This document shows, in pieces, positions 1-7,466 of a stretch of 14,896 nt of DNA (position 1 is its first letter; the number at the start of each line of letters is the position of its first letter). The stretch lies in the UHGV virus genome UHGV-0257029; one strand, given 5' to 3'. The notes under the pieces were generated by a model that saw only the letters and a program-made list of their open reading frames with translations, was not told the origin of the DNA and did no database searches. Position numbers and translations under genes: made by a program. The stretch comes from a virus.

Positions 1-327
1 TGCACGATGAGATCGTCAAGGAGCTCGATCCTCCGGTGACAATAATCACCTTGTTCTTAAGATGCAGGTCCATCTCAGGTCCTTCCGACTAGTCCTTGGC
101 TACACAATAACAAGGGAAGACTCACTCGTGGCTGCAACCCTGCTTACTCAAAATCTATTCACACATGGTTACGTTTTGGGGAAATTATGAGGGGATCTCT
201 CAGGGTTGCGCTTGTAGTCAGTAATGCGGATGGTGACTGGCTTGTCTTTATCGAGTGGTGTTGCGAGGATGGCGTTGATTGCGGCTTGCTGTTGTTGCTT
301 AGTTCGGAGGAAGATTGTTTGCTTCAC
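1..327 (-). pseudogene. ninB-like (Orf-family recombination mediator) gene, apparently disrupted
   Basis: Minus-strand GTG at 327 with RBS aaggag gives 52 codons (169..327), MKQTIFLRTKQQQQAAINAILATPLDKDKPVTIRITDYKRN..., resembling the lambda NinB N-terminus as recalled. A second minus ORF from 73 to the window edge (MDLHLKNKVIIVTGGSSS...) resembles a NinB C-terminal stretch. Positions 74..168 carry stops in all minus frames. Confidence 0.3.
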
Positions 328-338
328 TGAATACTCCT

Positions 339-530
339 TTATTTTTTATGCCTGTAAACCCATTCTTCCAGCAACCTTGCGGCGTACCACCCAAGAAACA
401 AAGGAAAGAACATTACAATGAGATATTCCCCGCCACGGTCAATGTTCGAAATTGACCAGATTACGATGTAACCAGTACAGGACAGGAATATTACAAACCC
501 CAAAAAGCTACTTCGTCGACTCATGCTCAC
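339..530 (-). CDS. Small hydrophobic (membrane) protein, 63 aa, function unknown
   Basis: ORF with two hydrophobic stretches (FLGFVIFLSCTGYIVIW, LIVMFFPLFLGWY) in the nin-like region, lying 4 nt downstream of the 535..750 ORF stop. Confidence 0.4.
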   Translation of the reverse strand: MSMSRRSSFLGFVIFLSCTGYIVIWSISNIDRGGEYLIVMFFPLFLGWYAARLLEEWVYRHKK

Positions 531-534
531 TCCT

Positions 535-750
535 TCACTTTAAATCCAGACTCCGGATTATTCTGTTGCGCTGAAACTCATTGTTGAGTTTGAACAACCG
601 TCGAAGAACACGGTCACGCGGATAGCGTCGTGCAGCAGGTGAATGCTCATACAACTCATCAAGCGGCAAACTGGACGATGAACGATACCGATACCAACGC
701 ACCAACTCTTCACGAAAATTAGCCCTGACAAGCTCAGCTATCGTACTCAT
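535..750 (-). CDS. Hypothetical basic protein, 71 aa
   Basis: ORF in a chain of overlapping genes on the minus strand; Arg-rich; no recognisable motif. Confidence 0.4.
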   Translation of the reverse strand: MSTIAELVRANFREELVRWYRYRSSSSLPLDELYEHSPAARRYPRDRVLRRLFKLNNEFQRNRIIRSLDLK

Positions 751-839
751 TTCTTAAAGCCTCCAATTACCCTCCCCCAAATAAAAAGACCTGCGATTAC
801 CAGCAGGCCTGTTATTAGCTCAGTGATGTAGATGGTCAT
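747..839 (-). CDS. Candidate 30-aa hydrophobic micro-protein
   Basis: Minus-strand ATG at 839 overlaps the upstream stop (ATGA) and its own stop overlaps the ATG of the 535..750 ORF. Translation MTIYITELITGLLVIAGLFIWGRVIGGFKK looks like a single TM helix. Below the ORF-track length cutoff. Confidence 0.25.
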   Translation of the reverse strand: MTIYITELITGLLVIAGLFIWGRVIGGFKK

Positions 840-1105
840 TGCTTCATCTCCCTTTCCATTTCATCAATGTCAACGTCATCAGGAAGATGGGAGCAATACG
901 CCGCTATACCATGATGATTTATCTCATACCCTTTGAACGTTACCATCTGGCGCGTAATCTCAACTTCGTTCAGGAATCCGTCATCGCATAACTGCCTGGC
1001 TATTTTCGATTTGGTCTGGATTATTGGTAGTGCCTGTTCTTTCAAAGCGCATGATATTTGTGCATCCCATGCCTTTTCGAGAATGGCTAATTGTTTTTTA
1101 TTCAT
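836..1105 (-). CDS. Hypothetical protein, 89 aa
   Basis: ORF with ATGA start/stop overlap to the upstream gene; no recognisable motif. Confidence 0.45.
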   Translation of the reverse strand: MNKKQLAILEKAWDAQISCALKEQALPIIQTKSKIARQLCDDGFLNEVEITRQMVTFKGYEINHHGIAAYCSHLPDDVDIDEMEREMKQ

Positions 1106-1392
1106 TGCCTTACCTCCATAAGCGCCCTATTAATAAACGCCGTCATTGGATTTGCACATCCCCACCCCGTACCATCTGGATTTCTTTTAATTGGCTCCTT
1201 CTTCACTTTGCGTTTTGCATAAATAACCGTCTTCCACTTACGCTCAACAACACTCAAATGTCCTTGTTTCACCATATGCCTTGCTGCTTGAGCGATTCTG
1301 TTATTTGGTATTCCGGTGATCAGTGCTAATTCATGTGGGGAGAATTGTTCATGAGTTTTCAGATATTCCAGGATGATTTCTTTTCCAGTCAC
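1102..1392 (-). CDS. Small basic protein, 96 aa, possible helix-turn-helix DNA-binding protein
   Basis: ORF immediately downstream of the DnaC-like gene with GTGA overlap (GTG start at 1392). The segment ELALITGIPNNRIAQAARHMVKQG has an HTH-like pattern. Confidence 0.4.
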   Translation of the reverse strand: MTGKEIILEYLKTHEQFSPHELALITGIPNNRIAQAARHMVKQGHLSVVERKWKTVIYAKRKVKKEPIKRNPDGTGWGCANPMTAFINRALMEVRQ

Positions 1393-2234
1393 GATCTGCT
1401 CCTGTAACTATCCCATGTAAACGCAAGAGTGCACCCGCCGCCATCATTCATCCTGTCAATAACACGCTCACCAATGAATGCAGACAGTTCATCTTTGCTC
1501 TGGTTGCTAATCAGGATTGTTGGCTTCATGCGCTCGTAGCGGGTGTTGATGATTTCGAACATGATCATCTTTTCCGCCTCGCTTCCAAACTGCACACCAA
1601 CCTCATCGATAATTAGCAGGTCAGGTTTAGTGAACTGTCGGATCACTTCATCCTCTGTGCGGGTGGAGTTTTTCGACCATGTTGATTTATATTCTCTGGC
1701 AATTTTCAGCGCCGTTGTGAAAATAGCTGAGCTTTGATGTTCCGTAATTGCGTGCCGGGCGATAGCCAGTGCAAGATGATTCTTTCCAGTACCAGGCTTT
1801 CCACACATAACCAGCCCACCGCCTTTCTGTAACCTCTCAGGCCATTTGCTGGCGTATGCCTGACACACCCTGAGCACTCTCTTTGCATCGTCGTTGACTG
1901 GCTCGTAGTTCTGTAGTGTGCAACCCTTGAATCGTTCAGGAATATCAAGATTATTCAACAGAAACTCGACATTGCGCTTACGTGATTCCTCGTCGATTTT
2001 AATCTTCTCTGCCTGTAGCCGAATAAGCTCATCTCTCATGCATTCCGGGCATTCGCTAGGTCTCGAGGCAAACTTAATTGGCCCAGTCGAGTAACGGTTA
2101 CGCTGCTCAAACTCACCATGTTTTTCACAGATGCCAGTGCCAATTTCTACAGATGTATGCTCGATAGCAATTGGCGGAGAACTCAATTCTGCAAGTTTTT
2201 TCTCCAGTTGGGAGATCTTTTCATCCAGCGTCAT
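1389..2234 (-). CDS. DnaC/IstB-like AAA+ helicase-loader replication protein
   Basis: Walker A GKPGTGKNHLA and Walker B LLIIDEVG. Start placed at the ATG at 2234 (MTLDEK...) with RBS aggag 5 nt upstream, just after the upstream stop; the ORF track begins 18 nt earlier at 2252. Confidence 0.75.
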   Translation of the reverse strand: MTLDEKISQLEKKLAELSSPPIAIEHTSVEIGTGICEKHGEFEQRNRYSTGPIKFASRPSECPECMRDELIRLQAEKIKIDEESRKRNVEFLLNNLDIPERFKGCTLQNYEPVNDDAKRVLRVCQAYASKWPERLQKGGGLVMCGKPGTGKNHLALAIARHAITEHQSSAIFTTALKIAREYKSTWSKNSTRTEDEVIRQFTKPDLLIIDEVGVQFGSEAEKMIMFEIINTRYERMKPTILISNQSKDELSAFIGERVIDRMNDGGGCTLAFTWDSYRSRS

Positions 2235-2236
2235 GT

Positions 2237-3124
2237 TCACTCCTGCGCCCATGAAGGCATTTCAGTTTGTCCGTAATCTTTGGTGGCAAAGTTTTCAGCC
2301 TTAAGTCCATTAGCAACCTTGCGTACCGGTCTGGATAACGCCTGCTTGTTCTGGTAGCTGAGTTTCTGGCTGGCAGTGATAAACCAGTTCTTTGGCTTCT
2401 CATGGCTAAATTCGATATCCAGCCTTTCCAGTTCGTAATTCAGGTCAATGTTCGGATACAGGCGCTTCCATGCTTCGTAGTCCTTGTGGTTTAACCGAAC
2501 GATATTTCCTTCGAAGGCATAGCGACTTGAAATTTTATGGACATCAGCCCCACCCCCTTCACAAGTCGCGTCAGCGGCTTGGGTGTTAGAAAGGGAATCA
2601 GGAATCAGGTTAAGGGAATCAGGAATCAGGTTAAGGGAATCAGCAGGATTTAAACTGTTCTCTACTGGTTCTTGCACTGTACTTGCATGGTGCTTTTCTG
2701 GTGCTTCATTGTTTTCAATGAACTGCAGTGATTCTACATCCTCCTTCTCTTCATCTTTATCGTCCTTGCACTGTACTTGCATGGTGCTGTTATTGTTCTC
2801 TACTGGTTCTGGTATCTCACTGGCAGCTTCTTTGCAGTGAGGGTTCTGGTGCTTTTTCCAGTTATTGATTTGGATATATGAGCCGCCATTTACCTGATAT
2901 CGGTTGATGAATTTGTGACTGTGAAGTTGCTGAAGCAGATCATTGCAGTCCACATCATCGAAAGGCAGTACCATTGCTTTAATTTTCTTTGGGCGATCAT
3001 CCAACCGCCCTTCTTTGTCAGCAATGGTCCATAACCCGGCAAAAAGGAGACGGGCATATGGAGAACACTCAGCTAATTCATCATTGGTGAAAAAGCCTGG
3101 TTTGATATTTCTTGAACGTGCCAT
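2237..3124 (-). CDS. Putative replication initiator / replisome organiser (not lambda O)
   Basis: Sits directly upstream of the DnaC-like gene in the lambda O position. Conserved-looking N-terminal domain (MARSRNIKPGFFTNDELAECSPYARLLFAGLWTIADKEGRL), acidic low-complexity linker encoded by DNA repeats, distinct C-terminal domain. ATG at 3124 with RBS aaggtgg. Confidence 0.5.
   Translation of the reverse strand: MARSRNIKPGFFTNDELAECSPYARLLFAGLWTIADKEGRLDDRPKKIKAMVLPFDDVDCNDLLQQLHSHKFINRYQVNGGSYIQINNWKKHQNPHCKEAASEIPEPVENNNSTMQVQCKDDKDEEKEDVESLQFIENNEAPEKHHASTVQEPVENSLNPADSLNLIPDSLNLIPDSLSNTQAADATCEGGGADVHKISSRYAFEGNIVRLNHKDYEAWKRLYPNIDLNYELERLDIEFSHEKPKNWFITASQKLSYQNKQALSRPVRKVANGLKAENFATKDYGQTEMPSWAQE
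2591..2644. repeat. 21-bp tandem repeat, about 2.5 copies (aagggaatcaggaatcaggtt), inside the initiator gene
   Basis: Read directly from the sequence; encodes the repeated peptide DSLNLIP on the minus strand. Confidence 0.85.
2656..2810. repeat. Two pairs of exact direct repeats (24 bp and 17 bp) flanking a moderately AT-rich spacer; iteron-like
   Basis: cttgcactgtacttgcatggtgct occurs at 2671..2694 and 2765..2788. tgttctctactggttct occurs at 2656..2672 and 2794..2810. Confidence 0.8.
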
Positions 3125-3135
3125 TTTGTCCACCT

Positions 3136-3936
3136 TTAGTACGGGAGTTCTTCCTGAGCTTCACGAATGCGTTCAGATACCCACTCCTTGAACGTTGTCC
3201 AGTTAGGTACTGTTTTCGCAAACTCAGTAAGTTCATCGAGATCTAAGTCGTATGAAAGCCATGCCTTGAGATAACTCATTACATGGTTTTGATTGATATA
3301 TATGCGGTTTTTAAGGATTCCTCTGATGTATAGAATCCTTTGTTCTTTTGGCGGTTTTCTTTTTGTCGCTGCTATGCGAGGGATGTACTCAAAGAATTCA
3401 CCAGTAAGCTCATGGGTTATTTCTTGGGTGAGTTTTTTGTCTGCGGCAATCTCAATCGCATCGAGGATTTCTTCAAGCTTATATATTCGAAGCCATCTCT
3501 TGATAGATTTTCGCCCATTGTCATTAACAGTAAATGGCGCAATGCAGTCGTCAATTTTGGTAGCGACAATATCAACAACATCGTCTTTCAGGCTCTTAAG
3601 ACCATCTCGCCACTTGATCATCATCTCCAGTTGCTCTCGCTTGGTATTAAGTTCCTGGAGTTGCTGCCTTTGCTTTTCCATTATTGAGTTATCGCTGAGC
3701 AGTTTGTCGCTTTTCCCGCCATTACAACTATCGCAAGAAGTAATAAGGTTCATCATGTCGTTATCGCCACCCTTGCTAACTGGGTTGATATGGTCGACAT
3801 GAAGGATGACGTCTGGCGCAGAACTCCCACAGTACTGGCATTTGAAGCCATCGCGCTTGAAAACCTCAAACCGTATTTTCTTGGTAATGCCGGAACGAAT
3901 CTTTTTTACTTGGTCTGGTGTAGGTTTTTTTGCCAT
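3136..3936 (-). CDS. HNH endonuclease domain protein
   Basis: HNH motif FKCQYCGSSAPDVILHVDHINPVSKGGDNDMMNLITSCDSCNGGK near the N-terminus. Start placed at the ATG at 3936 (RBS ggag 6 nt upstream) rather than the track start at 3948. Confidence 0.7.
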   Translation of the reverse strand: MAKKPTPDQVKKIRSGITKKIRFEVFKRDGFKCQYCGSSAPDVILHVDHINPVSKGGDNDMMNLITSCDSCNGGKSDKLLSDNSIMEKQRQQLQELNTKREQLEMMIKWRDGLKSLKDDVVDIVATKIDDCIAPFTVNDNGRKSIKRWLRIYKLEEILDAIEIAADKKLTQEITHELTGEFFEYIPRIAATKRKPPKEQRILYIRGILKNRIYINQNHVMSYLKAWLSYDLDLDELTEFAKTVPNWTTFKEWVSERIREAQEELPY

Positions 3937-3957
3937 AATTAACTCCATAGAAAGCAG

Positions 3958-4257
3958 TTAAAAATCCATCTGGATTTGTTCAGAACGCTCGGTCTTGCAC
4001 ACCGGGCGTTTTTTATTGGTGAGTCCATCAAGCGCATACTTAAAAGCCCTGCTAATCGGACTGATGTCTGATGCCATTCCGAAAGCACACAAGACCGAAG
4101 CAATAAACCGCCAGTCCGTTCTGCTTATCTTCGATTCATGACAGCCAATCATCTTTGCCAGACCGCGCTGGGTAAGCGTTGACAGGTTGATGAGTAAATC
4201 TGTTTCTGCGCGATCAATTTCTCGCTGTGTTGGCTTGCTATAACTTGCTTGTGTCAT
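3958..4257 (-). CDS. cII: CII-like transcriptional activator
   Basis: First gene after cro on the pR operon. C-terminal ...LTNKKRP..TERSEQIQMDF closely resembles the lambda CII C-terminus as recalled; N-terminal part diverges. Confidence 0.65.
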   Translation of the reverse strand: MTQASYSKPTQREIDRAETDLLINLSTLTQRGLAKMIGCHESKISRTDWRFIASVLCAFGMASDISPISRAFKYALDGLTNKKRPVCKTERSEQIQMDF

Positions 4258-4294
4258 TTGTTAATTTTCCAATAGTGAATAGTTAGTTGAAAGG

Positions 4295-4312
4295 TATGCG
4301 TGGAAACGCATA
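4295..4312 (-). terminator. Palindromic hairpin at the tR1 position between nutR and cII
   Basis: tatgcgt-ggaa-acgcata, 7-bp stem; no strong U-tract, so more likely an attenuator or rho-dependent pause than a strong intrinsic terminator. Confidence 0.3.
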
Positions 4313-4341
4313 TGGCCTTAGTTGGTCAGATATCTTGGGGC

Positions 4342-4356
4342 TCGCTTTGTCAGCGA
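4342..4356 (-). promoter_or_regulatory. Candidate nutR boxB hairpin
   Basis: Minus-strand tcgctgacaaagcga, preceded by ctacg, between cro and cII. Same core cgctgacaaagcg as the element upstream of N. Confidence 0.45.
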
Positions 4357-4394
4357 CGTAGGACGAATGTCCATTGTGAAAATAGCGGTGTTAC

Positions 4395-4595
4395 TTATGC
4401 AGTTGTTTTTTTGTTACTTGGGAAGGGCTTTATTTCTTCCGCATAAACGCTTCCATCAGCGTTTATAGTTAAAAAAATCTTTCGGCCTGCATGAATGGCC
4501 TTGTTAATCGCGCTTTGATATACGCCGAGATCTTTAGCCGTCTTGGTTTGCCCAAAGCGTATTGCATAATCTTTCAGGGTTATGCGTTGTTCCAT
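4395..4595 (-). CDS. cro: Cro repressor
   Basis: 66-aa translation [65 protein letters not shown] matches lambda Cro as recalled. RBS aggag upstream; transcribed from pR. Confidence 0.95.
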   Translation of the reverse strand: MEQRITLKDYAIRFGQTKTAKDLGVYQSAINKAIHAGRKIFLTINADGSVYAEEIKPFPSNKKTTA

Positions 4596-4614
4596 ACAAC
4601 CTCCTTAGTACAGG

Positions 4615-4690
4615 TAATCATTATCACCGCTAGAGGTATAATAGTCAACACGCACGGTGTTAGATATTTATCCCTTGCGGTGATAGATTT
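4615..4690. promoter_or_regulatory. OR1-OR2-OR3 operators with divergent pR (toward cro) and pRM (toward cI)
   Basis: OR1 4622..4638 tatcaccgctagaggta, OR2 4646..4662 caacacgcacggtgtta, OR3 4669..4685 tatcccttgcggtgata. pR on the minus strand: -35 ttgact (plus 4643..4648), -10 gataat (plus 4620..4625), 17-bp spacer. pRM on the plus strand: -35 tagata 4661..4666, -10 tagatt 4684..4689; cI ATG at 4696 is leaderless. Confidence 0.9.
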
Positions 4691-4692
4691 AA

Positions 4693-5409
<717 letters not shown>

Positions 5410-5479
5410 TGAATGGCTAAATGTCTCCTAATAAAAACAGCAATCATTTGAAATTATTAATAATTATAGAGGCTTAGTC

Positions 5480-6478
5480 TTGGAAATCAGCACGGCGGTT
5501 ATTCATTCCGAAGAAGATGCTTTGCGTTTTGTTGAGATGTACATCGCTGGGCAAGATCTTCCTGATGGAATATCATTTGAAGGGTGGCCTAACTTAACCT
5601 TCCGTCTTACTGGTGACAAATTTCATGGCAGTTTGACTCCTTCTGTCATGAAGGGTTTTGTTGAAATGCAGGCCCAAATAAACCGAGCTTATGCATTGTT
5701 AAAGTACGGAGTTCCTGACCCAAGAAAGCTTTCAAAAGAAGAGAAGGAAGCTATCGAAATTCAGGTGAATGTTGAGAATGGCTCGTCCTTGATAGAAGTT
5801 AATATGGATGGGTTCATGGGTGAGGTTATACAAACTGCGGTGAGTAAAGTGGGCCCTCAAGAGATCGTTATTACAGTTTTAGGGGTCGCTCTTATATGGG
5901 GCGGCGTCGTCCTATTCAAAAAATATCTAGAAGACCGCAAAGAGATTCGCATGGCAGAAGTAAAAAGCGAGTCTGAGCGTGAACACCTTGCGACCATGCG
6001 CTTCATGTCTGAGCAGGAAACAAAACGAAGTGAATTATTGACTCAGATTATTAGCGAAAAACCCAAGCTAGACAACATGGAAAGACTTGCTCATGACGCA
6101 AAAACCGACATAGTTAAATCATTTGTCAAGGCTGATACAGCTCAGATTGATGGCGTTGTATTGGATGCAGATCTATCCAAAACCCTCACTACAAATGCAA
6201 GGCGGAAATCAATGGAGATCCGCCTTGATGGAAATTATCGCATTGAAAAGGTTGACTCCACTGATCCAGAGAGCTTCAAAGTGCAAGTGAGAAATGTTGA
6301 CTCCGATCTAAGAATATCGTGCATAGTACAAGATGTATTTCTCGACGCATCCGAGCATAAAAAAGCTCTTCAGCAAGCTGAGTGGGATAGAAAACCAGTT
6401 CATTTGTCAATCAACGCAAAAGAACTAGATGGTGAAATAAAGTCCGCGATAATACTTTATGTCAAAGAGATAACATAA
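5480..6478 (+). CDS. Unknown 332-aa protein with one central predicted transmembrane helix, in the rexA/rexB position
   Basis: ORF on the cI strand between cI and OL. TTG start at 5480 with RBS agagg 8 nt upstream (alternative ATG at 5537). Hydrophobic segment IVITVLGVALIWGGVVLF near residues 131-148. No resemblance to RexA or RexB as recalled, and no kinase or nuclease motifs seen. Confidence 0.6.
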   Translation: MEISTAVIHSEEDALRFVEMYIAGQDLPDGISFEGWPNLTFRLTGDKFHGSLTPSVMKGFVEMQAQINRAYALLKYGVPDPRKLSKEEKEAIEIQVNVENGSSLIEVNMDGFMGEVIQTAVSKVGPQEIVITVLGVALIWGGVVLFKKYLEDRKEIRMAEVKSESEREHLATMRFMSEQETKRSELLTQIISEKPKLDNMERLAHDAKTDIVKSFVKADTAQIDGVVLDADLSKTLTTNARRKSMEIRLDGNYRIEKVDSTDPESFKVQVRNVDSDLRISCIVQDVFLDASEHKKALQQAEWDRKPVHLSINAKELDGEIKSAIILYVKEIT

Positions 6479-6485
6479 TCCTCAT

Positions 6486-6511
6486 CCCGGCCTCAGCGCC
6501 GGGTTTTCTTT
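6486..6511 (+). terminator. Intrinsic terminator after the cargo gene (tImm-like position)
   Basis: cccggc-ctcagc-gccggg, 6-bp all-GC stem, followed by ttttcttt, starting 8 nt after the stop. Confidence 0.75.
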
Positions 6512-6663
6512 GCCTCACGATCGCCCCACCTAAAAACACATAACCAATTGTATTTGTTGAAAAATAAATAGATACAACTCACTAAACATCGCAATTCTGA
6601 TCTCTCGCCCTCCAAAGCAATACCCCAATTCAAAAAATAAATTCATATAAAAAACATACAGAT

Positions 6664-6726
6664 AACCATCTGCGGTGATGAGTTATCTCTGGCGGTGTTG
6701 ACATGAATACCACTAGCGGTGATACT
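6664..6726 (+). promoter_or_regulatory. OL3-OL2-OL1 operators and pL promoter
   Basis: OL3 6664..6680 aaccatctgcggtgatg, OL2 6684..6700 tatctctggcggtgttg, OL1 6708..6724 taccactagcggtgata. pL -35 ttgaca 6698..6703, -10 gatact 6721..6726, 17-bp spacer. Confidence 0.85.
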
Positions 6727-6794
6727 AAACACATCAGCAGGACGCACTACTCACCAGGGCGGTGAATATACAACGATTCGAATATGAATCTACG

Positions 6795-6809
6795 GCGCTG
6801 ACAAAGCGC
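6795..6809 (+). promoter_or_regulatory. Candidate nutL boxB hairpin
   Basis: gcgctgacaaagcgc (4-bp GC stem, 7-nt loop) about 70 nt downstream of the pL -10, preceded by ctacg. Same core as the candidate nutR. Confidence 0.45.
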
Positions 6810-6937
6810 AATAACCAAAGTGAACTTTGGGGTGAATGCAGAGGCTAACCTTCTCGGCGGAGGCGCTTTGCAATGATTACGCGACCGGAGTTAGTCGCCC
6901 GGCTGTATTCACCACCAAAGTTCATCAGGAGGTCTAT

Positions 6938-7321
6938 ATGACACGCAGAACTCAGTTCAAAGGCAATTCACGTTCTCGTCGTCGTGAGCGTTTAAAGGCA
7001 AAGGCATTAGCTAACGGCGTACTGGCCCGCGAAGAAGCAATAAGTTCAGAAGTATTACACCGCCCTACTCTAAGCAGAGCGCAGATTCAGGCTAAAGGTA
7101 CTCACGAAACGCCTGAGCGCATAGAAGACGCTAAGCCAATTAAGTTCATGGCACAGGACGTGATCTGGCAACAGAAAGAATACAGACGCAATCTGGAGCG
7201 AGCGGCCATTGTGTACGCGAATGAGTTTGGACATAAGCAACCAGAAACTGGTGTATGTCTTCCAGATGTAGCTCTTTACGCAGCAGGATACCGGAAATCA
7301 AAACAACTGACGGCGAGATGA
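6938..7321 (+). CDS. N: N-type antiterminator (non-lambda N; arginine-rich motif)
   Basis: First gene downstream of pL/nutL. ATG at 6938 has a strong RBS aggagg; the 6836 track start would swallow nutL. N-terminal MTRRTQFKGNSRSRRRERLKAKA is an arginine-rich motif. Not the lambda N sequence as recalled; resembles N of Stx-type lambdoid phages from memory. Confidence 0.7.
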   Translation: MTRRTQFKGNSRSRRRERLKAKALANGVLAREEAISSEVLHRPTLSRAQIQAKGTHETPERIEDAKPIKFMAQDVIWQQKEYRRNLERAAIVYANEFGHKQPETGVCLPDVALYAAGYRKSKQLTAR

Positions 7322-7379
7322 CTTGTGTTGGTCGCCAGAAAATGAAATTAGGCAGCAAACCACTTATTTGAGGTGAGAT

Positions 7380-7466
7380 ATGGAAGAAGAATTTGAAGAG
7401 TTCGAAGAGCATCCGCAGGATGTAATGGAACAGTACCAGGACTATCCGTATGACTACGACTATTGA
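7380..7466 (+). CDS. Candidate 28-aa highly acidic micro-ORF
   Basis: ATG at 7380 preceded by gaggtgag. Translation MEEEFEEFEEHPQDVMEQYQDYPYDYDY. Overlaps the ral start by 17 nt. Below the ORF-track cutoff. Confidence 0.2.
   Translation: MEEEFEEFEEHPQDVMEQYQDYPYDYDY

Noticed and set aside
224-421. Plus-strand 65-aa ORF
   Set aside because: It overlaps the ninB-like region and the 3' end of the 63-aa minus ORF; the Cys/Leu-rich translation looks spurious, and the minus-strand reading explains the region better.
2591-2644. Tandem 21-bp repeats as a possible CRISPR array
   Set aside because: No unique spacers, only about 2.5 units, and located inside a coding region encoding repeated peptide; this is a coding tandem repeat or iteron cluster.
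933-3802. Plus-strand ORFs 933..1121, 1024..1329, 1543..1737, 2583..2840, 2943..3191, 3293..3802 and 3340..3687
   Set aside because: They lie antisense to well-supported minus-strand genes (DnaC-like, initiator, HNH), lack RBSs and have low-complexity Ser/Leu-rich translations typical of shadow ORFs.
5480-6478. Possibility that the rex-slot gene is a eukaryotic-like kinase, as some lambdoid phages carry at this locus
   Set aside because: No glycine-rich loop, VAIK, HRD or DFG motifs are visible in the translation.
6881-6898. Hairpin gcgac-cggagtta-gtcgc, first considered as nutL boxB
   Set aside because: The better candidate is gcgctgacaaagcgc at 6795..6809, because an almost identical element recurs at the nutR position. 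This hairpin may still be an N-leader structure but has no twin.
6836-6937. The 5' extension of the N ORF (track start at 6836)
   Set aside because: It has no RBS, whereas the ATG at 6938 has aggagg. The extension would also overlap the pL leader containing the candidate nutL, which must remain untranslated RNA.
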